From Bugula neritina (lineage: Eukaryota > Animalia > Bryozoa): a stretch of DNA of 64,000 nt. Shown here one piece after another: positions 14,001 through 24,712 of this stretch. Position 1 is the stretch's first letter, and each line of letters begins with the position of its first letter. The stretch lies in assembly GCA_964035545.1 (NCBI GenBank), contig OZ037773.1:1083751-1147750 (forward strand). Direction: 5' to 3'. Made by a program: the position numbers and the translations under genes. The notes beneath the pieces were generated by a model, which worked only from the letters and a program-made list of their open reading frames with translations, did not search any database and was not told the DNA's origin.

Positions 14001-15608
14001 CAAACCGTCCCGTGTGATAAACGCCGCTTTCTCCTGGGCGTCGGGACTCAGAGGAACTTGCCAATAGCCGCTTAGCAAGTCTAACGTACTGAAGTACTTG
14101 CTGCCGGCTAGGGCGTCCAATGACTCGTCAATACGAGGTAGAGGGTAGGCGTCCTGTATGGTTACGCTATTGAGTTTGCGGTAATCCACACAGAACCGCC
14201 AACTGCCGTCTTTCTTCCGGACCAGTACGACTGGCGAGCTCCACGCACTATGGGCGGGCTCTATCAGTCCCCGGTCCAGAAGATCCCGTACTTGTCGGCT
14301 AACCTCTTTCTCTTTCTCCGGCCCCAGCCTGCGTGTGGGTTGCCGGACAGGGACTGTCCCTGCAGTCAGCGGTATTTCGTGTCTGACAATTCCAGTCAGT
14401 CCCTCGTCATGCTCTCCGCTGCTAAACACATCACCGTAGTCGCGTAGTAACTTAGCCATAACTTGGCATTCTCTGTCACTCGCGCAGCTGCTACAGGCTG
14501 TGTCATACAACTCCCGGAGATGTGCGGGGAATGCCCCTCGCCCTTGAGTAGGGCATTGAGGGAGCGCCTCTGTTGCATCACCCAGCGACGGGCCTACGTC
14601 TTTCTCTTGAACAGAGTGAAAACGGCCCAGCATCGACCCTGCCGGAAGCTTGATAGGCTCGGTAAAGGGGTTGACCCACTGCACTAAGATCTCCCCTTGC
14701 TCAGTCAGCTGATTCAGACTGCTGGCAAGTTGGATCCTTTCGTGCGCGCCTTCAACCACCCCTAGTCCAGAGATCCGGCTATTATTCACCCTGCAGTGAA
14801 TGGTAGCCCGGGAGCGGCCTGGTATGATACGGTTGCGTACCACTTGCACACCTCCCACTAAGGGGCGGCCGAACTTGTCGACGCAGGCGAGTTCCCGCCT
14901 GGACATCATCGTTGCAGATCTGCTAAAATCTATGTGACATCCGTGCCGTTTTAGGAACGGCATCCCGAGGATAGCATCCTCCTTGAGCTGACTGACTATG
15001 AAGGTCTCTTGGATCGTTTGATCACGGACTCGTCCCGTCAGCTCAATTATACCATAGAAGGGAAGGCACGACCCGTCAGCTAGGGTGCCGTATTCCCCTT
15101 CGTATGATTCCATCTCACCCCTGACCCAAGCACTGAGGGTGTCGAAGAGTTGGCGGCTTAAGAGGTTTGTGGTACAGCCCGAATCAATGAGGAAAGTAAC
15201 AGCTTTGCCTTCCAGTTTACCGGGCAAGAAATAGCTGTTCCCATGAGGCTGCACCTGAACTCTCTCTTCAGGCCTTACTCTCGCAGGGAGTACCTCCCTC
15301 GCTTTGGGTCGCGGAGGAGGTCTCTTGGGGCGGTGGTAGGTAGGCCTCGGGGGTGCCGAGGCTAGATTCTCGGCTACCTTTGTGGGCTCCCATCCAGATT
15401 CTTGGACTTGTAGCCCTGTGAATCTGTTATGAAGGGGCATAGAAAAGGCAGCCGCGGGGCGAGGCCCCTTGCTGGTCCGTCGTGGCTGTTGCCACTGTTG
15501 GTGGCCAGTACGCGGTACCCGTCTGGGTGACCTGCGTTTCTTCTTCTCTGGGGGTTTCATCGTCGGCCCGCAAGAGGTGGGAACATCTGCGGGCCGCGGT
15601 AGTTTAAC
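11037..15608 (-). pseudogene. pol: Element A pol (protease, RT, RNase H, integrase), interrupted by two CGA>TGA stops (13395-13397, 12909-12911)
   Basis: FLIDSG, YLDD, DTDAS..RTDH, HHCC, VDLVGP..SDQG..VERNN, GPY motif. Confidence 0.95.
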
Positions 15609-16510
15609 CCCTGATTTAGGAAGGGACAGTATCGGCGATAATGCCCTTGATTTCCGCACTCCCAGCAAAAACTGACTGTTTCTCCCTGTGGCGGCGCCGG
15701 TGGCCGCATGGGCTCAGGGGCGGTGCTCACTGGGGTTTGTGGTGTCAGTGTTGCTATCAGCTTGGCTAGCATGTCTGTCAGCTGAGTGACTTTCGATGCC
15801 GTCGCCAACTGGGACACGGCAGCCGCGGTGGGTGTTTCCTCCCCTTGTCCCGCGGCCGTGTCTGCGCGGTCTATCTCCACTTGACGGGAGCTTCCGCGAC
15901 TTTTATGCATTTGATTAGCTAGGAGGTAAGCTTCCCCCTCAGTCAGAGCATCCTCAACGGTGGTGACTCCCCTAGCTAGAAACTGGTGGTGGAGACCCAG
16001 ATCGTCGACAGATGCAATGAAAGCGTCGAGGGTATACCTCTCGCGGTTGACTGGGGGCAAGTCGCTGTACGCGATCTGTGCCAGCTTCATGACCGCGGCG
16101 GCATGCTCCCGCAGCGAGGTGCGGGAATCACGCCGCAACCTCTGTAATCGGGCCCTGGCATCTGTAGCAGAGAGGCCGAAGCGGGCCCGCAGAGAAGCAA
16201 AGATATTATCAATGTCTACGCCCAGCCCATAAGGCTTGGCTTTGTCCATCAATGCCATTCTAAGCTTCAGCAATGCCACCCTAGGGGGCCACTGGGCGAC
16301 GTCCATCACGTCGCTAAACTCTTGGATAAATTGTTCCACCTCTTCTTCACCCGTGAAGGTGGGCGCCTTTAACCTGTAGCGGTCCTCAGCTAGTTCTCGC
16401 GGAACCCTTCGCTCTTCTACTACATGGTTAACAGGCATTGTCTCTACAGCATTGTCTCTACGCTCACCTTCTATTGCCGGTGGTTGAGTTCCAGCATTTT
16501 CAGTCTCCAT
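15557..16510 (-). CDS. gag: Element A Gag, 317 aa, single CCHC knuckle
   Basis: ATG just after the PBS; CWECGNQGHYRRYC; overlaps pol in the -1 frame. Confidence 0.93.
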   Translation of the reverse strand: METENAGTQPPAIEGERRDNAVETMPVNHVVEERRVPRELAEDRYRLKAPTFTGEEEVEQFIQEFSDVMDVAQWPPRVALLKLRMALMDKAKPYGLGVDIDNIFASLRARFGLSATDARARLQRLRRDSRTSLREHAAAVMKLAQIAYSDLPPVNRERYTLDAFIASVDDLGLHHQFLARGVTTVEDALTEGEAYLLANQMHKSRGSSRQVEIDRADTAAGQGEETPTAAAVSQLATASKVTQLTDMLAKLIATLTPQTPVSTAPEPMRPPAPPQGETVSFCWECGNQGHYRRYCPFLNQGLNYRGPQMFPPLAGRR

Positions 16511-16522
16511 CTTGGATGCACT

Positions 16523-16540
16523 ATCCCACTGCTGCCACCA
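16523..16540 (-). promoter_or_regulatory. Primer-binding site of A (tRNA-Leu)
   Basis: TGGTGGCAGCAGTGGGAT, 1 nt from LTR end; complementary to the 3' end of metazoan tRNA-Leu(AAG/TAG) ATCCCACCGCTGCCACCA. Confidence 0.9.
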
Positions 16541-16959
16541 CTGTTATGTTTTTCAGATTTAGGGTTGATGTGCTATCCAGAGAGTCTATTTATTTGCTAT
16601 AGAACTGCACCAGGATAAGTTGAGTGAACGAGTATATTTTACACACAATTATACATTATAAAAACGATACATTATATTCAAACAAGTTACACATCTAATC
16701 TATTTCACACTCTAGCTTCGACTGAGTTAACAGCGGGAAACTACACTTGCTGCTAACTATCAACTACGCTAATTGGCTATTCATTGTTCCGGGTCAATTA
16801 CGCGACCTTACATGTTGTGCTGCTGGTAGTTCCACGAACCACCACATTATAGTGTCTAAAATATATACTCGTTCACTCGACTTATCCTAGTGCAGTTCTA
16901 TAGCAAGTAATTAGACTCTCTGGATTGCATATCAACCCTAATTCTGAAAATAATAACAG

Positions 16960-16977
16960 TGGTGGCAGCGGTGGGAT
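16960..16977 (+). promoter_or_regulatory. Primer-binding site of B (tRNA-Leu)
   Basis: TGGTGGCAGCGGTGGGAT immediately after the 5' LTR. Confidence 0.9.
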
Positions 16978-16989
16978 AGTGCATCCAAG

Positions 16990-17943
16990 ATGGAGACTGA
17001 AAATGCTGGAACGCAACCACCGGCAGTAGAAGGTGAGCATAGAGACAATGCTGTAGAGACAATGCCTGTTAACCATGTAGTAGAAGAGCGAAGGGTTCCG
17101 TGAGAACTAACTGAAGACCGCTACCGGTTAAAGGCGCCCACCTTCACGGGCGAAGAGGAGGTGGAACAATTTATCCAAGAGTTTAACGACGTAATGGACG
17201 TCGCCCAGTGGCCCCCTAGGGTGGCCCTGCTGAAGCTTAGAATGGCATTGATGGACAAAGCCAAGCCTTATGGGCTGGGCGTAGACATTGATAATATCTT
17301 TGCTTCTCTGCGGGCCCGCTTCGGCCTCTCTGCTACAGATGCCAGGGCCCGATTGCAGAGGTTGCGGCGTGATCCCCGCACCCCGCTGCGGGAGCACGCC
17401 GCCGCGGTCATGAAGCTGGCACAGATCGCATACAGCGACTTGCCCCCAGTCAACCGCGAGAGGTATACCCTCGACGCTTTCATAGCATCTGTCGACGATT
17501 TGGGTCTCCACCACCAGTTTCTAGCTAGGGGAGTCACCACCGTTGAAGATGCTCTGACTGAGGGGGAAGCTTACCTCCTAGCTAATCAAATGCATAAAAG
17601 TCGCGGGAGCTCCCGTCAAGTGGAGGTAGACCGCGCGGACACGGCCGCGGGACAAGGGGAGGAAACCTCCGCCACGGCCGCCGTGTCCCAGCTGGCGACG
17701 GCATCGAAAGTCACTAAACTGACAGACATGCTGGCTAAACTGATAGCAACACTGACACCCCAAACCCCAGTAGGTACCGCCACTGAGCCCGTACGGCCAC
17801 CAGCGCCGCCACAGGGAGAAACAGTCAGTTTTTGCTGGGAATGCGGAAATCAAGGACATTTCCGCCGATACTGTCCCTTCCTAAATCAGAGGTTAAACTA
17901 CCGCGGCCCGCAGATGTTCCCACCTCCTGCGGGCCGACGATGA
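16990..17943 (+). pseudogene. gag: Element B gag with premature TGA at 17101-17103
   Basis: Colinear with A gag; CGA in A, TGA in B. Confidence 0.93.
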
Positions 17944-20900
17944 AACTTCCAGGGAAGAAGAAACGCAGGTCACCCAGACGGGTACCGCGTACTGGTAACC
18001 AACAGTGGCAACAGCCACGACGGACCAGCAAGGGGCTCCGCCCCGCCGCTACCTTTTCCATGCCCCTTCACAACAGATTCGCAGGGCTACAAGCCCAAGA
18101 ATCTGGATGGGAGCCCACAAAGGTAGCCGGGAATCTAGCCTCGGCACCCCCGAGGCCTACTTACCACTGTCCCAAGAGACCTCCTTCGCGACCCAAAGCG
18201 AGGGAGGTACTCCCTGCGAGAGTAAGGCCTGAAGGGAGAGTTCAGGTGCAGCCCCATGGGAACAGCTATTTCTTACCCGGTAAACTGGAGGGCAAACCTG
18301 TTACTTTCCTCATTGATTCGGGCTGTACCACGAACCTCTTAAGCCGCCAACTCTTCGACACCCTCAGTGCTAGGGTCAGGGGCGAGATGGAATCATACGA
18401 GGGGGAGTATGGCACCCTAGCTGACGGGTCGTGCTTTCCCTTCTATGGTATAATTGAGCTGACGGGACGAGTCCGTGATCAAACGATCCAAGAGACGTTC
18501 ATCGTCAGTCAGCTCAAGGAGGACGCCATCCTCGGGATGCCATTCTTAAAAAGGCACGGATGTCACATCGATTTTAGTAATTCTGCGATGATGATGTCCG
18601 GCGAGAACTCGCCTGCGTCGACAAGTTCGGCCGCCCTTTAGTGGGAGGTCTGCAAGTGGTACGCAACCGTACCATACCCGGCCACTCCCGGGCTACCATT
18701 CACTGCAGGGTGAACAATAGCCGGATCTTTGGACTCGGGGTAGTTGAAGGCGCGCACGAAAAGATCCAACTTGCCAGCAGTCTGAATCAGCTGACTGAGC
18801 AAGGGGAGATCTTAGTGCAGTGCGTCAACCCCTTTACCGAGTCTGTCAAGCTTCCGGCTGGGTCGATGCTGGGCCGTTTTCACTCTGTTCAGGAGGAGGA
18901 CGTAGGCCCGTCGCTGGGTGATGCGACGGAGGCACTCCCTCGGTGCCCTACTCAAGGGCGAGGGACAGTCCCAGCACATCTCCGGGAGTTGTATGACACA
19001 GCCTGTAGCGGGTGCGCGAGTAACAAAGAATGCCAAGCTATGGCGAAGTTACTACGCAACTACAGTGATGTGTTCAGCAGCGGAGATCATGACGTGGGAC
19101 TGACTGGAATTGTCAGACACGAAATACCGCTGACTGCAGGGACTGTCCCTGTCCGGCAGCCCACACGCAGGCTGAGGCCGGAGAAAGAAAAGGAGGTTAG
19201 CCGACAAGTACGGGATCTTCTGGACCGGGGACTGATAGAGCCCGCCCATAGTGCGTGGAGCTCGCCGGTCGTACTGGTCCGGAAGAAAGACGGCAGTTGG
19301 CGGTTCTGTGTGGATTACCGCAAACTCAATAGCGTAACCATACAGGACGCCTACCTTCTACCTCGTATTGACGAGTCATTGGACGCCCTAGCCGGCAGCA
19401 AGTACTTCAGTACGTTAGACTTGCTGAGTGGCTATTGGCAAGTCCCTCTGAGTCCAGACGCCCAGGAGAAGGCGGCGTTTATCACACGGGACGGTTTGTG
19501 GAAGTGGAAGGTGTTGCCTTTCGGGTTGACCTCCGCCCCAGCCACCTTCCAGAGGCTGATGGAGCAAGTCCTCAGCGGGCTCTATTGGAAGACACTGCTG
19601 ATTTACCTCGATGATGTCATCGTGATCTCCCCAGACTTCGAGACGCATGTCAGTCGTCTGCAGGAGGTCTTTGAGAGGCTCCGAGGTGCCGGTCTTAAGC
19701 TCAAACCTTCTAAGTGCGCTCTAATGCAGCCAGAGGTTAAGTACCTGGGGCACGTTGTCGGTCGAAACGGCGTGGCAACGGATCCCGAGAAGGTACGGGC
19801 AATAGAAGACTGGGTCACCCCCCAAGACTTGACCGGACTCCGGGCTTTCTTGGGGCTGGTAGGGTATTACAGGCAATACATACCAGACTTTGCGGGCATA
19901 GCACAGCCGTTAAATCGGCTCACCGCAAAGGGAGTGACGTGGCAGTGGACCCCAGTCGAACAAGGAGCGTTCGACCGCCTCAAGGGCTGCCTACTAACGG
20001 CGCCCATCTTGGCCTACCCAGACCCCACTCTGGAGTACATCCTTGACACTGACGCCAGTGACCAAAATGTTGGCGCTGTGCTGTCACAAGTGCAGGAAGG
20101 CCGAGAAGTAGTAGTAGCCTACTACAGCAAATCTCTCTCTCCCACTGAACGAAATTACTGCACTACCCGCAAGGAGTTGCTGGCAGTAATCAAGTCAGTG
20201 AAGCACTTCAGACCATACCTATATGGCAGGAAGTTCCGGCTGCGTACGGATCATGCCTTGCTGATCTGGTTGTGCAAGAGAGCAGAGCCCTCTAGTCAGG
20301 TCGCCTGGTGGCTCGAAATCCTAGCTGAATTCTCATACCGGATCGAACATCGACCGGGCAAGAGACACAGCAATGCGGATGGTTTGAGTCGCCGACCTGA
20401 TGGAGGTTGCAAACAGTGTCTCAACATCGAGAGGAGGGATGGAGGTCCCCCGCGATGCGAGTTGGAGACGCTGGCTCACCACGGAGCACCAATTGACTGG
20501 GACCAGGGTCAACTCAGACAGGAGGTTGATGAGTCCCCGGAGGTTGTACAAAACCTTCGCGCCAACCCTGTACTGGCCGATAATGTCCGAGAGCTGAAGA
20601 AGCTCCAAGAAGAGCTGCCTGGAGTCGTGGCAGACATATATCGGGCCAAAAGGGAAGGGCGACGACCCAGCGAGAAACGCACACGACAGGGATGCGCCGA
20701 GTTCCGGCTATACTGTCTGCGTTGGGACTCGCTGCGGATCGGGCAGGATGGGTTACTAACCATCTCTCTAGCCGCCAGCGGCAGACACCCGGAGAGGAAG
20801 AGGGTAGTCTGCCCCACTGCCATCCGCCGTGAGTTGATTTGGGATGCTCACAAACAGGCCCACGCAGGGGTCAAGAGAGTGATATCCACATTACGGCTCC

Positions 20901-22440
20901 GGTGGTATTGGCCACAAATGGAGCGTGACGTCCGACTCAGAGTCAAACAGTGTGAGATCTGCCAGGCCAGTAAGCATAGCCGTCCCCCTGGTGAAGCAGG
21001 ACGGCGGAGGCTATATGCTGGAAGGCCCTGGCAAGTAGTCGCTGTAGAGCTGGTCGGACCCATGCCCCTGACCCCCAGAGGCAGTTGGATCTTACTACTA
21101 ACCGACCACTTTACTAGGTGGGCGGATGCTCTGGCTATCCCAGATGCGTCAGCCCCAACAGTGGCCAGGGCACTAGACCAACATGTATTCTGTTATTTTG
21201 GTCTCCCCGAACAGATACACTCTGATCAAGGCGCTCAATTCAAGTCTCAACTGATGAGCGACCTTTGCCACCTCTGGGGAGTAAATCAGAGCCGGACCAC
21301 CCCCTACCACCCTCAAGGTAACGGGGTGGTGGAGCGCAACAACCGGATGCTAGGTGATGCGCTCCGGAGTCTCCTCCTTGGACGAGGCCAAGAGGAGTGG
21401 GATACGGTGTTGCCGCAAGTCATGCGTGCACACCGTAGCACCCCACACACCAGTACTGGTGAGACCCCAAACCTCTTGATGCTCGGGAGAGAGACTCGTG
21501 TCCCTGACCATCTTACCTACCACGTTCCAGAGCAAGACAACTCGGTTCACGAGTATGCCAGTGAACTAGTGGAACGGATGAAGGCCGCACACGATATACT
21601 GCGCGAACAGCAGTGGAAGGTGCGGCACGAAGATTCCGATGAACCACCTCTCTACCAAATGGGAGATAAGGTGTGGATGGTCAATTACCGTAGGCGTCGC
21701 GGACAGGCTGACAAACTAAAGCCTAAGTTCGTAGGACCCTACGTGATCGTCGAGGCTATGCCCAATCATACATACAAGATTGAGCGCTCAGGACAGGTGT
21801 CTATCCAGAATGAGTCTCGCTTGAAACCGTATTGAGCTAGCCCCGACACAGTGGGAGAAGACCCCCCGTTGTTGGAGCCCAGGAGGCAGACAACAACACG
21901 CGGGCAATGGCGGCATGGACCTGAATACGAAGTGGTCATACCGCGAGAAGAAAACTTGGTGAGAGAGGAGCGACAGCTTTCGCCACCGCCAAGTCTAATT
22001 CCATCACTTCCGGAAACCGAGCCGGTTCCGGAAGTGCAAACCCCCACGGAGGGAGGGGCTCCATCCGGAGAACAAGAAGAGGTGACCGCTAACGGTGAAG
22101 TAGAGACGCCATTAGAGGCCCCTACTAATGAACCGGCGAGCGTGTCACCCCCCCTAGAAAGGGGGCAGCGTACGAGGCAACCCCCGCATACTTGAAGGAC
22201 TTCGTATGCGACTGCGTTAGAAGCGGCGCGTATGAAAGTCTAGGGGAAAACCGTACGAGAAAAGTATCGAGCAAATGTGGGAGTTGTCAACACCACGAAA
22301 ATATCAACTTTTGTATCGGCGGAAATAGAAACAAAATTCATCCACCGGGTGCACAAAGTCTTAATCACGCACCCCAACCACGTTGCTCGATCTTTTCATA
22401 CGCTGATGCAGTCAGGAGTAGACGTATTTCTAAGCAGTAG
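17892..22440 (+). pseudogene. pol: Element B pol; frameshift near 18600, TGA at 21833-21835, first catalytic integrase Asp replaced (VAVEL vs VAVDL)
   Basis: ORFs 17832-18641, 18641-21835, 21851-22195 and 22192-22440 tile the A pol sequence. Confidence 0.95.
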
Positions 22441-22464
22441 TTCAAACCATTTCACACATTCAGT

Positions 22465-23536
22465 ATGTCTTACGACAACAGATCGTGGGGTGAGTTAACT
22501 ATATCTTAATATGGAAACTAGATTGCATCGCTCAGCTCCGACTCACTGAGTCAATCGAGCTGGAGATAGGTTAGTGAAATACCGTAGTAAGAACTCAGTT
22601 TGACTTAGAGATTTTTATAATCTCATTGCAATACGTGTTCTATCTGACTATTCACTACCATAAATCTCTACGAGGTAACTGAATGAGGAGTTGCCATGCT
22701 ATTCAAGCTGACAACACGGCAGTGTACTGTATTAACACTGTTGAATTTTTTTCAGTTTACACTCGACCCGCTACAACCAGGGTACGGGTTAGAGCACTTC
22801 CCGCTCCGCATCCTAAGGAGTATGCCAATGGTGACCGACCCGAGCCACTACGCCGCCGTTGGCGGTGGGTGTCTCCAGAACAGAGGAGGAAATAGAAACG
22901 GCCTGGGGGTCCAGAGGACGGACGCGATGCCAGATTTGTGGCGAAGAATGTGCCTCTCACCGCTCCTTGAAGCTACATGTCAACGCCCATCTCTTACTCA
23001 CATTCTGTCCCTGCGGATACAATGATGTCTACCCCTACCCCGTCACCAGACATCGAGCGACGAGCTGTTTCTCTGGAGAGAATTACGTAGTGGATGCCCA
23101 GCTCTATCCGGAATTCCTCACTCTGATACGGCCCCTAGTAAAGAAGGCAATGTTGTTAGCCGTCCTGACCTCGGGTTTCCAACGCGTATTAGACTATGCC
23201 AGGCAACAATCCCCATTGGTATCTGACCGCCCTCAGATTGTGTACACCCCCGAGGAGTTTGCTTATCCAGAAGAAGGAGAGGTCTCCCCTATCCCGATGA
23301 AGAGACGAACCAGGTCTCCCAGTCCCCCTCTGTGCCGCAGACGGACACCGTCCCCAGACCTTGCTCGCCTGGCCACAGTAGAGGAACGCCTCCTCCGACT
23401 ACAAGAAGAATTTACCCAGTTAGCACCGGATCTGCTTAATACTACGACGGGGCTCTTCCAACTAAAAGGATCAGTAGGCCGGATTAAACGGAAACTACGT
23501 ACATGCCAAGCCAAGCACCGGCGTGCCCAACATTGA
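22465..23536 (+). pseudogene. Element B accessory ORF3: exons 22465-22489 and 22756-23536; 1-nt deletion near 22878
   Basis: MSYDNRSW G|gtgagt..TATTAAC..ttttcag|TT TAC; same zinc-finger and coiled-coil motifs as A. Confidence 0.8.
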
Positions 23537-24712
23537 CTCTAGTTCTGCTACCCGGAATAATCCACAACTTCGTCCTCTTGGGAGACCCACGAATGTCATG
23601 TAAATGCTTGACTGCTCGACAGGCCTGCTCCTTGTCCAATACCACAGCTAGCCGGTATTCCTCCTCTAAAGCTGGTCAATTGTATGTAACTTGCTGTTAT
23701 AATGACTCTGTCTGTTATTATGTATCTTTATATGTGTTATGTATTATCTTTGGTCTACTGATGTATGTGGTTAATGATGAACGTTTTTTATATCAGAAAG
23801 AGGGCTTTCTGCTGGTGGGGGCGGTGTGGTGGCTCGTGGAGCTACCAGCAGCACAACATGTAGGGTCCCGTAATTGACCCGGAACAATGGATAGCCAATT
23901 AGCGTGTTTAATAGTTAGCAGCAATTATAGTTTCCCGCTGCTAACTCAGTCGAAGTTAGAGTGCTGAATAGACTAGATGTGTAAATTGTCAGATGTATTT
24001 GTATCGTTTTTATAATGTATTATTGTGTCTAAAATATATACTCGTTCACTCGACTTATCCTGGTGCAGTTCTATAGCAAGTAATTAGACTCTCTGGATTG
24101 CATATCAACCCTAATTCTGAAAATCATAACAATTGACTATATAACACGTGGACGCGTGTTTTACGTACTCACTACACCGCTCCCCCCCCCCAGCAGGAAG
24201 CCTAAATTTCTGATAATACAAATACAACTAAAAAGATACAACAATAAAAAAATATAAAACGGAAAGGGAGAGCTTGTAGGGTATGTACATAAAAAAACAC
24301 ATATATATATATATAAATATAAACAGTATGAACTAGTCTTGCCTTGTTTAACTGCGTGCATTAGTAGCTAGCAATAATTGTTCAGCCGAGTATAAGAGAG
24401 ATTGTACGCATTCCGATTGTCAGCTATTATGCCAAGCGTATAGAGAGTAAGCCACGAGGAGTTATCCTTTCCATAATAACATAAACTAAAATCCCTTACA
24501 TTCTCCTCACCTATCGAAAGGTACAATCTCTAACTAATACACAATTGAAAAAGAATATAACACATGATAATAAAACAGTATAATATAAAATAAGTATCCT
24601 ACTCGTTAGTCGCAAGAGTTCCGACACACACAATCTATTCACATCACCTCCACAAAGAATAAGTACCAGTTGCTACCAGTCAGAGGGGTATGGGGAAGTC
24701 GGGGTCGTAAGG

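Larger units (their letters stand above)
9342..16846 (-). mobile_element. Ty3/Gypsy LTR retrotransposon A (7505 bp), nested in the 5' LTR of B; LTRs 16846-16542 and 9646-9342
   Basis: 305-bp LTRs with 2 differences seen, 4-bp TSD TTAT (9338-9341 / 16847-16850), PBS, PPT. Confidence 0.97.
9143..24131 (+). mobile_element. Ty3/Gypsy LTR retrotransposon B (full length, defective); 5' LTR 9143-9341 + 16851-16958, 3' LTR 23825-24131
   Basis: TG..CA LTRs with ~6 differences, 4-bp TSD ATTG (9139-9142 / 24132-24135), PBS, gag-PR-RT-RH-IN order, PPT. Confidence 0.97.
8942..24328 (-). mobile_element. Gypsy element F, 3' remnant only: 3' UTR/PPT 24328-24177, 3' LTR split into 24176-24136 + 9142-8942 by element B
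   Basis: Minus strand TATCAGAAA..CTGCTG(G)nAGCGG|TGTAGTG parallels the PPT-LTR junction of A/B/D; continues after removing B to AATAAA...ATTACA. Confidence 0.75.

Noticed and set aside
11203-14687. Numerous antisense/alternate-frame ORFs inside the Gypsy elements
   Set aside because: Expected shadows of GC-rich pol; no recognisable motifs
9342-24131. Assembly artefact (chimeric inverted read)
   Set aside because: Arms differ by many substitutions, have distinct LTR pairs and each has its own TSD
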